Part shown: one piece after another, positions 9,992 through 20,900 of the stretch
How the letters are laid out: every line of letters begins with the position of its first letter
Numbering within the stretch: the first letter of the stretch is position 1
Assembly: GCA_001724265.1 (NCBI GenBank)
Contig: MEDY01000007.1
Location: 1-64,000 of the forward strand
Source: Rhizaria sp. SCN 62-66
Lineage: Eukaryota
Direction: 5' to 3'
Length of the DNA: 64,000 nt
Position numbers and translations under genes: made by a program
Notes under the pieces: model-generated
Databases searched by the model: none
Told to the model about the DNA's origin: nothing
The model's input: the letters and a program-made list of their open reading frames with translations, nothing else

Positions 9992-11487
9992 TTAACGGCG
10001 GGGCGTGGGAGTGGGAGTGGGAGTGGGCGCGGCGGCGTCGGCGATGCTAAGGGTGTAGAACGGGTCGTCGGCAATGTGGCACGCGCCGGGGGCAATCTTG
10101 AAGTTGCCGTTCATGCCCTAAAGTGCAAAAAAAAAAAGAAGAAGGTTACGAGACAAAAGTGAGCGAGAGAGCGTACCGAGACATGATTAAGCAGTGGCGG
10201 CAACCATATCATTTCAAAGGAGCACTTTAATTTAAGTGTGTGTCATATTTAGCCATATAGTCAAGCAAAAACTGTCGACTCGATGACCGAATATATCGTT
10301 CAAATGCAACTAAGCACATAAAAAAACGTACCCAGTCAGCACCCCAGGAGTTGCGGACGACAAAGTACGACTGCGAGGTGGCGGCGTAGACACCACCGCC
10401 CACGAAAGTGACAGCGTGATCGGGCTCCTGATCAAGTAGAGGGAGTGGAGTAGTGATCATGACACCAAATAAAATAAAAAGACAAGCAGAGAAAACAAGA
10501 GTAAAAATGAGTTAATCAGAGCATGACGGCGAACAGAGATAAGACAAAAAAGACTCCATTTGAGACCACAATAGCTTGTGACAGAATAAGCGTGTCATGT
10601 TGTGTCATGCCACGAGAATGAGTAATGACAAATGTTGATGGGTTACGTACAGCATCGCAGTCGGCGGAGTGGGTGAGGATGCCGCTCTCGTAGAACTGCA
10701 GGGTCTCGGCCATGATGGTGCCAAAGACGGGCGCCTTGCGGATGGCGTTAAGCATAGCCGTGGCGTTGCGGCGGTGCGAGATGGTCTGGAGAGCGCCCGT
10801 CTTGCCGAGGGGGGTGAGGCCAGCGACACTGCAGGTCCGCTCGACACCACGGTAGGGCTTGTCCTTGAGGGCGAAGAAGCCGGTGGTGCGGGTGAAGGTC
10901 GCGGCGCAGTAGATGTGGCCGCCGTCGCAGCCGCCGCAGAGGTCGGACCTGGCGCAGTCGACGAGGGCCTGGGGGGAGACGTAGTCGCCCTTGAGGCCCT
11001 TGATGCCGCGGGCGGCGTCGAGGACGGCGGCGGTGGTGAAGGCCCAGCAGGAGCCGCAGTCGCCCTGGTCGAGGGGAACGCCGGGGAAGACGCCGCGCGC
11101 GCTCCAGTCAAAGGCGTCGGTGAAAGCGGCGAGCTCGGCCTCAGCGTTGGTGGACACCTCGTACTCGGTCTCAACCATGGCGGCGGAGGCCGGGGGACGG
11201 CGAGCACCAAGACGGCGCTTGAACTCAGTCTTGGAGAGATCGGCGAACTTGGTGATGCCGAACTTGGCGAGCTTGTCCTTGGAGCGAGCAGCAATGCGCG
11301 CAATGTTGGATGTAAAGGTCTTGAGCTTGGCGGCAAACGTCGAGGCAGCGTAGGACTTCTTAAAGCGCGAGATGAAAGCGGTGAACTGACGAGCGATGTC
11401 TGCAGCCGGGAGCGCCTCAGCGCCGGTGTTGGCACTCACCACAGCAGCGAGTGCAACGAGGAGCACAAACGCGAGGATAAGACGCAT
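9992..11487 (-). CDS. Papain-family (C1A) cysteine protease paralog, 3 exons, with a C-terminal PT-repeat tail
   Basis: Exons 11487-10651, 10427-10332 and 10117-9992; both introns phase 0, GTACGT...AG. Signal peptide, FGITKFADLS, QGDCGSCWAF, DHAV, RNSWGADW|GMNGNFKI; ends APTPTPTPTPRR*. Confidence 0.9.
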
Positions 11488-12800
11488 TATGAGCACACAC
11501 ACACTAAAAGTCAAAGATGGTGCAAATGGGTCGTACAATAAGGTAGACAAAGGGTAAGGGGGTGGAGTAGGGTGGTCGGTCAGGAAGGTGGGGATGTGGC
11601 GGAGTTAGTTTCGAGATTTCTGAGGAACAAAACGCATTCACCGAGAAAAAAAACTTATGTTCAGAGCCCAATACAAGCTTGAGACTACTCACAAAGTCTG
11701 TAATCACAGGGCAAGTGTTTTGTGAAGTGGAAAAAAGGGTCTACAAAAAGTACTCCCCCCTTTGATAGGCGGCCGCAAAGATGCGTTAGTTGGCGCAGAA
11801 ATACGCACATACAGCTGATATCGTGATTAAACACAAGTAGATACTTGTACAAATATAAGGAAACAAGAAGCAGTCAAGCAAAAAACCCACTTAGTGCGTC
11901 AGTAAAATCTGTCCAAAATCACCGAGCCGGGTCCTTGCCGAACTGGTCGGCTGGGCCAAGGGAGACATTTCGCAAAGTCAAGCCGCAAAGCCGAACCACC
12001 ACTAACGTCCGAAGGAGCTAAAAAATAGACGATTTCTTACTGAAAGATAACGTAGCAAGAAAAAAACTTCAATACCAGCAATGAACGTTCTATAGGACAT
12101 TTGGTTATTACTTCAGAGTTTCGACCTCGCTTTTTCTTTGTGCCGCATCAAGTCCATTTCTAGTTAATTCAAGACACGCGCGTGATGAGCGTACGAAAAG
12201 ACTAAGTAGCGCCGAAGGTCGTCACTTTTTGAGCTAAATATGCTCAGCACGTGCTTTCTTGTAAGGATTGAGGTCTGAACAAAGTTATAACTGCTTGGTG
12301 TTGGTGGGTGCTGTCGCGCATATGTCAAAACATAAGCGGCGGTTTATGATTCTGCTTTTAGTCGAGGCGCTTTTTTTTGGGGGCGTCTGAGATCACGTCA
12401 AACGTGTTGAATTTTCTTTAACGTGTTCTTTTTATTGCATTTTTTATAATCTTTAATCGAGAGTCGCATTGTTCCTTGATCGAAAGAACAACGCTTCATG
12501 CGTGCACGTGTGTTTCAACAGACAGAGGCGGCAACTTAAAGCATCCTCTCATATCGAGCTGAGAAACAAAAATCACTAACAACAAGCACCATAACAGTTT
12601 CGTCCAACTCCTTCTTTTCAGACAAACGTCATTTTGACAACATATTACTTATCTTTTTCTTGCATATCTAACCAGAATAACAGAAACACACACACAACCA
12701 AGACAACCTTAACGAACGCTAGATACTCGCTTACACCAACACCAACACGACACAGAATCACACAACAGCAACAATACACCAACAACACGAGTAGCTTGAG

Positions 12801-15800
12801 TTAATTCGCGGTCGCTACAACACTGCTGCTGCTATCGTTGTTGTTGTTGGCCTCACCCTGGTCCTCGAAGCAGCGCGGGTCGATGGTGACGGACTTAGTG
12901 ATGTTGTGCGTCTTGTAGATGCCCACGAGCCGGTCCGCGAGCTCGAACATGTTGTTGCGGAGCGAGATGATGATGAACTGCGCGTTCTTGGTGCGCTCTT
13001 TAATGTAGTTGGCGACGATCGAGACGTTCTTGAAGTCGAGCGCGGCGTCGATCTCGTCCATGACGTAGAGCGGCGTCGGCTTGTAGTGGTGCAGCGCGAA
13101 CACCAGCGCCAGCGACGACAGCGTCTTCTCGCCGCCGGAGAGGTTCTGGATCGCCTTCCATGACTTGTTAAGCGGGCGCACCGAGAAGACGATGCCCTCG
13201 GCGAAGGGGTCGAGCGTGTCCTGCAGCTCCAGCTCGGCGTCGCCGCCCATCGTGAGCATCTGGTACATCTCCTTGAGCTTGAGCGAGATGACCTTGAAGC
13301 CCGTCATGAACTGCGTGAAGCGCTGCATGCGCAAGGCCTCGAACTGCGCCTTTGCGGAGTCGCGCGACATCGTCGTCGCCTGCAGCATCGTTGACAACAC
13401 CAGGAAGTCCTTCTGCTGCCGCTTATACTCGCCGACGACGTCGCCGCCCAGCGCCGCGCGCTTCGCAGCCACGCGCTTCTCGTCGGCCTGGATGCGCGCG
13501 TCGAGCGCGGCCACGTCCACGCGCTCGAGCATGTCGCTGCTAGGGCACTCGAAGTCGGCGGGGCGCTCCACGGCCGGCAGCTGCAGGTCGGCCTCGCGCG
13601 CGCGCGCCTCGTCGGCCTTAATGCTTTCCTCGTCCTCGTCCATGTCGATCTGGCCCGACATGAGGTCCTCGGCCAGCGCCAGCGCCTCGTTGGCCGCGCG
13701 CTCCTGCGCCGAGAGCACGGCGTCCTTCTTGCCGCCCGCGCCCGCGCGCTTGCCGCGGCGCGCGCCCACGGCGGGCTCGTCGTCGCCGTTGAGCTGCGCG
13801 CGCGCGAGGATCTCCTCCTTGTTCTTCTGCGCCGCGGCGAACATGGCGCGGCGCTCGTTCATCTCGAGTACGCGCGCCTCTTGCCACACCTCGACGGACG
13901 TCACGCGGGTGCGCGCGTCCGCAACCTTGTCCGCCAGCGCCGACACCTTGCCAGAGAACTCCTCCAGCTTGGCCGTCCAGTGCTCGAGCTCCTTGAGGAC
14001 CTCGGCCAGCGACGCGCGCGACTCTGCCAGCTTGTCCACCAGGTCGGCCTCGATGCTGCGCAGCCGCTCGGTGCGCTCGCGTACGTCCTGCATCGCGGCT
14101 TCAGCGGCCTCGATCGCGTTCGCAAGCTCGGTCATCTCGCGCTTGATCTCAGTCGACTCGGACAGCAGGCGCAGCGCCTCTTGCTCGACCTACGTCGACA
14201 CAAAACAAAACAAGAAACAAGATTTGAGGCAAAGAAGGCAAGTTGTGAGTGAAATAATAAAGAGTAATGAAATTACGACTTATTAAAAGCCACGAAAAAA
14301 TATTTTAGGTTCCACAATTACGAAGTAATCATGTGACAGATAAAGCATTGCGCCATGAAGCGACTTGACGTACCTCTGCGAGCCTGGTCTTGGCGGCGAC
14401 ACCCTCCTGCTTGTGCTTGTCCGCGTCCGCGCGGTGGTCGAGCAGCTCCTGCTCCAGCTTCTGCTTGCGCGCGGGAAACGACTCCATGACGGCCTGCCAG
14501 CGCGAGAGCTCGCTGTTGAGCTCGGCGATGTGTTTCTCCATCTCCGTCTTGGTCTTGTTCATCGCCTGCAGCCGGTCGCCGCCGCCCTCGAGGATCTTGC
14601 GCTTGAGGCGCTCGATCTCGGCGCGCTTGGGCTCGCCGTCGCGCGTCGCCTGCGCGTATGCATCCTCGGCCACCTTGCGCTCCGCCGCGAGCTCCTTGAG
14701 CAGCGCGTCCTCGCGCGCCTCGTCGTCGAGTCCGTCCGTCGCCGCGGCGGCGCCGGACTCGCTTTTGACGCGGATGCGCTGCGCGGCCTTCTCGGCGACG
14801 GCGTCGATGCGCCCGCGCAGCTCGACCACGCGCTCCTTGTTGTAGGCGAGTTGGTCTTGCTTCATGCTGACGGCCTCGCGCACGGTCGAGAGCGAGCGCG
14901 CGAGTTGGCGCAGCTGCTCGGGCAGGCTGGCGCGCTCCTGCTCGACGCGGGCCAGCGCGGCCTCGGCCTCACGCAGCTCCGCCTCGGCGCGCTTCACCAT
15001 CTCGTCCGTCACGGCCGTCGCGTCGCCGTCCTGGTCCGCCGCCGCCGCCGCCGCGCGCGCGCGGCCGCCCGCCGAGGCGAGCTTCATGGCGCCGCGGAAG
15101 ACCTGTGAGCCGCCGCCGGAGATGGCGCCCGTGGTCTCGATGAGCTCACCCGCGAGCGTGACGACGCGGTGGCGCGCGGAGCCGGCGGGGGAGAAGGCGA
15201 CGCGGCGCGCTGTCTCCAGGTCCTCGACCACGAGCGTGTCGCGCACGACCGAGTAGAAGGCGGCCGCAAACCGCGGCTCGCGGATGGCGAGCAGGTCGAA
15301 GAGGCGCTTCGAGCCCTCGGGCGCCGTGAAGGGCGCCTGCATCATCTGCTGCGCGCGACTTTGCTGGTCCAGGCAGATGAAGGTGCTGCGCCCGGCGTTG
15401 TTGCGCTTGAGCACGTCGACGGCCACGCGCGCAGTGCGCGACGTGTCGACGAGGAAGTTGCGCAGCGCGCCGCAGGCCGTGGAGATGGCCACGTCGTACA
15501 TGGGGTCGATCGTGCCCAGATCGCCCAGCACGCCGTACAGGTTCGTCAGGTCGCTGTTGCCTCGCTTCTGCGCCATGAGGAAGTCGGCGATGCGCCCGCG
15601 GTTGGCGTTAGATTCGAGGCGCCGCTCGCGCAGCTCCACGACGGCCGAGTGCGCCGCGTTGCGCGCCGCCTCGAGCGCTTGCCGCCGCGCCGCGTTCTCG
15701 CCGATGGAGCCCTGCAGCGTGGCCTTACGCGCGTCCATGTCGGCAACCTCGCGCTCGGCGCGCGCGATGTCGGCCTGCAGTTGCGCCACGGCTGCCTCGG

Positions 15801-17424
15801 CCTCGCGCAGCTCGCTGCCCAGCTTGTCGTGCGCGGCCTTGCGCTTGGCGCGCACGTCGGTGATGGTCTTGACTCGGCCGTCGATGACGGCGATCTTGGC
15901 CTTGGCTTCGTTGGCGCGCGTGGTGAACTCGCGCATCTCGGCCTGCACAGCCTCCATCTGCGTCTTGAACCCCGCCGACCGTTCCTTGACAACCTTGAAC
16001 AGCTCCTCCGTCTCGGTCACGATCTTCTCCTGCTCGGCCTGTTTCTTGGCAATCTCGGCCTTGCGCGGCTCAACCTGCTGCGCCATCGCCGCGCTCTCCT
16101 CCTCGGCCTTAGCCAGCAGCTCCTGCGCCTTGGCCAGCTGCGCCTCGGCCTTGCCGTGATCGTCGCGCGCCTTGGCGATGCGGGTGCGCAGCACCACGTC
16201 CTCGTGCTCGCTCTTGTTGAAGAGCTCCTTCATCTGCTTCAGCTGCGCGTTGCGCTCCTGGTGCGACGCCTTCATCTCGTCGATCTCGGCCTTCTTGGCC
16301 TCCATCTCCTTGAACGTGTCCTGCGCGCGCTCGCGGTGTTCCGCCAGCACGGCCTCAGTCGCCTCGATCTGTTGCCGCTCCCGCGCCGCGCGCGCGTCCG
16401 AGTTGTGCTTGTTCACGGCCACGCGCGTGGCCAGGCACGTGTGCAACGAGTGGTCCAGCTCCAGCGCCTCGATGGCCTCGTCGCGCGCCGTCGCCACGGC
16501 CGCGAGCTCCTTCTCGGCCATCTTAAACTTGCGCATGCGCGCCGCGCGGTGCTCGTTGAGGCGCGCGAGGCGCTGCTCGGCGACCTCGATCGCGGGCGCC
16601 AGCTGGTTGCTGCCGATGATCTCCTCCAGATACTCGAGCAGGCCCTGGTCAGTCACGTGGCCCTGCGCGTTGCGCACTGCCTTGGGCTTCATCATCGAGA
16701 TCTGCTCGACCTCGCCCTGTAGGATCAGGAAGCGGTTGTTTTTGAGGTCAATGCCGTACGACATGAGCTTCTCTTCGACCACGGACATCGGCACGTTGCG
16801 GTCGTCGATCGCGTACGTCGACTGCGAGTTGATGTCGGCCGTACGCGTGATCGTGAACTCGGAGCCCGGCACGACATCGTAGCCGTCGTCCGAGTTGGCG
16901 TGGTCCGTGATGAGCGCAAAATGGACGCAGACGGAGCACCTCTGCACGTTGGGCAGGTCGCGCGAGTTGTGGATCAGCTCAGCGATGTTCTTCAGACGGA
17001 TTTGGTTCGCGCGCTTGCCGAAGACAAAGAGCATCGCATCGATGACGTTCGACTTGCCGCTAAAAGGGTGCAAAAAACCAGAGGAGAGGAGAGAAAAAAG
17101 GATCGATATGCGCAACACGTGAGAAGTGATCAAAATAATGTTCGTGAGTGGGTGCGCAAGTAAGACAAGAGTATGTTCGATCACTTCGAGACGCAGTTGT
17201 GTGGTGGCGGCGATGAGAACGTACGAGCCGTTGGGTCCGACAACAGCGGAGAAGCACTTGTGAAAGGGGCCAATCTCACGGATGCCACCGTAAGACTTGA
17301 AGTTCTCCATGACCATCTTCATGATCATGAGACGCGGCTTTGGGCCGGCGGCGACAACGGCAGCGCTGCCACTGTCGGCGCCAGCGCCAGCTGCGGGCGC
17401 AGAGCCTGAAACAGCACTCTGCAT
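12801..17424 (-). CDS. SMC4: Condensin subunit SMC4, 3 exons (about 1424 aa)
   Basis: Exons 17424-17225, 17059-14374 and 14189-12801. ENFKSYGG, spliced Walker A GPNGSGKSN, hinge (YGVLGDLGTID..YDVAISTAC, GAISGGG), signature LSGGEKTLSSLAL, Walker B MDEIDAALD, QFIIISLR. Confidence 0.95.
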
Positions 17425-17986
17425 CTAAACATGTACAAAATCAACAGTAAAAAAGTGGTTATGTGTGATATGAGTGATGAGAAAGAGCTGGAACAAACGA
17501 AAGGGAAAAAGTAGCGGGCAGCTAGCCGTTGGAGTCGGGTGCTCGACAGTTTGCTAGAGTTGAAGGTATAAAACGCAAAATCTCCGAAAGCCGAAAATAC
17601 ACAATAAAGACCAAAGCAGCGAAATTCTAAGAGAAAGATACATATTCCGTGTTGACGACGGATAGTTTGTGTTTTTCCAGTTTTTCGGTCACAGATTCAA
17701 AACAGAGTGGCGGCCGGTCTGGCGGGCGCCCACGGTCACTGGTCAACCTCGATTTTATTCGATATGCGTCTGGAAAACACTATTGATGTGCTCAGATTGA
17801 CATATAATTACAGTATCATCAGAAAATCTATTTTTTTCATTTGGTTCTGGAGCAATATATATACTTGACGATCAGAGTGCCTCACATGATAATCGTTTTT
17901 CCCGTTTTCGAAGAGTTTTCTCGTCTTGCGTCAGCGAGAGATCCCTTCCAATCGTCCTCCAAGTGAGGTTTTCCTCTTTGTTCCCG

Positions 17987-20900
17987 ATGCGTACTTTCCA
18001 CGCTCGCTTGCTTGCCGTGCTTTTGGCGCTTGTCTGCGCTCTGTTTGCGACCCTCGCGCCCGTTTCCGCGTTCGTGCAGCCGGACCCGAAGGCGAACCAG
18101 CAGAGCGCAGCGGTAGTCGAGCAGCAGCTCGAGCGCTGGTTCAAGTCGCTCCACAACGACAAAGCCGAGGCCGTCTGCGACCACGTGCTGTCACTTATTG
18201 AACTCTTCTCTACGGGCCGCTCCTGGGACGCCCACTCGGCCTCAGTGCTGGCGGACGTGGTTGGGACCATCTTCGCCGAGCCGCGCTTCGTCATCAGCCC
18301 CGCCTGGCCATGCGCGGAGAAGCTCATCAAGGCCTCCCCGAGCCTTATGGCGCTCTTCACCGTCGCCACACAGACGGCCGCGGTGGTGTTTCCGCGCGAC
18401 GCGGCCCGCAATGCGCGCGCCGTGTACGACGCGCTCCCGCTTGACGCGCAGGCCAGCCCCGTGGTGCGCGACGCGTTCCGCCGCCTGCGCCCCGCGGCCG
18501 TGCGCATGCGCGCAGACATGACGCTTAATCTGCCGCTGCGGTCCTCCGAGCTGGCATGCGACGCCGTCGTTGCGCTCGCCGACGCCGCCGTGCGGCCATG
18601 GCGCATGCGCTTCAAGCAGCGGCTGCAGCGCGCTGTCGACGCCGGCGCCCCCAGTCTCGAGCCCGACTCGGCAACGTCGCCGCGGGACCTGGCCGTTGTG
18701 CACAGCAGCATGGTCAAGGTGATGATCCTCGCGCACCCACAGGGGCGCTCCTCAGTTGTCGGCTTTACCGAGGAGGAGCTCAGCAACGAGCTCCCGCTGC
18801 TGTACAATTACTGGTACGCGGCGCTCGCGATCTCGGCTAAGACCAACCTGGCCTCGGAGCGCGGGCTGGCTGTGCTCGAGGGCCACAGCCTGGCGTTTCC
18901 CAAGTACCACATCTTCAACGAATTTCTGTCCTCGGTCAACTTCGCGGTGTCGTACATCAACGTCGCCACGGACGTGCACCTCAAGTCACACATCAACAGC
19001 GTGCTCCAGTCCTTCCTTGTCAACCCCAACGCGGAGTTTTCCTCCGCTCGCTTCCTGGCTTCGCCGCACATGCTGCCCGCGCCGCACTCGCTGGGCCGCG
19101 CCCCGCCCGCGCGCGTCCTGTCAGGCCGCGGTGTCAAGATCGCCGTCATCACGCAGTTCTGGCTGCGCTTCCACTCCATCTACCGCACCTTCGTCCGCTT
19201 CGCGCGCGCGCTCGCCCGCTCCGGCTTCGCGCTGCACCTGGTTATGCTGGGCGCGGCCGAGGACGAGGTGGGTCTGGAGCCTGGGCTGTTCGCGAACGTG
19301 AACTACTACCCCGAGCAGAATGACATCGACCGCGCAAGGCTCATCGAGAAGCTCTGTCTGACGGAGAAGTTCGACGCTATTTACTACCCCGACGTGGGCA
19401 TGTCGTTTGCGTCTATCCTGCTGTCGAACATGCGCCTTGCGCCCGTGCAGTTCACCACGCAGGGCCACTCGGTCTCCACCTTCGGCTCGCAGATCGACTA
19501 CTACCTGTCGGGCGACGAGACGGAGCGCGCCGACCTGGAGCTCGTGGCCGGCGACTTCTCCGAGCGCGTGGTGCTCGTGCCGGGTCTCAGCGTCGTGTCT
19601 GAGATCCCGCTCGCGCTCGGCACACCATACTGGCGCCTCTACCACAACCTGCCCAAGGAGACCACCAAGAGCGACAACCAGAGTAACGGCGGCAGCGACA
19701 ACAGCGCGCAGCAGCAACCGCAGCAGCCGGAGCAGCACGCACCGTCAACTGAAGACAAGGTTGTCCCCACGACTGACAGCAACGGCGACAGTAAAGACCG
19801 TGCCGGCGCTAGCGCGAGCGCGAGTGCGCAGAGCGTGCTTGGTCTGAGCCGCGGTGGGCAGTACGTGGTCGGCGACGAGACGACCGAGTCCTTCGTGGCC
19901 TGCGCTGAGTGGGCGTGGGACGTTGAGGGTCTCTTTAACCACAAACACTTGATCATCGCGCTGAACCACGCGCCGTTCAAGGTCAACGCGCCGTACCTAA
20001 CTGCTCTCGCGCGCGGCCTGGTGCAAGTCCAGGGCCGCGGCTTCGAGCTGCGCATGTTCCCGCACCTCAACGCGCTGCTCGAGAAGGGCGCGTTCGAGCT
20101 CAACGTCTATCATACGCTGCGCGACGCCTACGTCACGGCCGGCGTCGCCACCGGCCGCGCGCCCCCGCTGCCCGAGGGCCCGCTGAGCGACCGGTATCTG
20201 GAGCACTACAGCGCCGAGGAGCGCGCGCAGGCCGCAGCGAGCGTCGTGGCGCGCCTTACCGAGGTGTACAAGCGCGAGCGCTCGCTTGACAAGGCGTCCA
20301 ACGTCGACCCCTACCACTGGCTGCGCACCGACGTCAGCTTCACTGGCGGCGCCCCCGTGGCCGACGCTGCAAAGATGACGATCGACCTGTCCACGCTCGA
20401 GGGCCTGTGGGCGCTGCGCTTTGCGCTGCACGTGCACGTCGTGGTCTACAACGGACTCAAGTATGCACAGTACATCACGACGCTGGCGTCCAACGTCTAC
20501 TCCGCGCAGGAGCGCAACGGCTGCACCGGGACGTTCGCGGTCGAGGCCTTCCCCTTCGGCGGCTGCAACACAGTCAACGACGCGCTGTGGGCAGGCGTGC
20601 CCGTCATCACGCACCGCGGCACGCGCTTTAACGCACGCGTGGGCTCGGCGACGCTGGCGCGCGTGTCGCCCGCGCTGGGCCGGCTGCTGCTAACGACGAC
20701 CGCGCCGGAGCTGTCCCGCGCCGTGGCCGCGATGGCCGGCGACGACGAGTTCCGTGCGCGCGTGGCCGTCATGATGCGCGCGGCGTCGCTGGCGCCCGTC
20801 TTCGGCGAGGACGTCTCGCCCCTCATGCAGCGCTGGGCCGCGGGGCTCAGCTCCATGTCCATGTTCCGCTCCGGCGTTGCCGCGAACAAGTTGGCCACGG

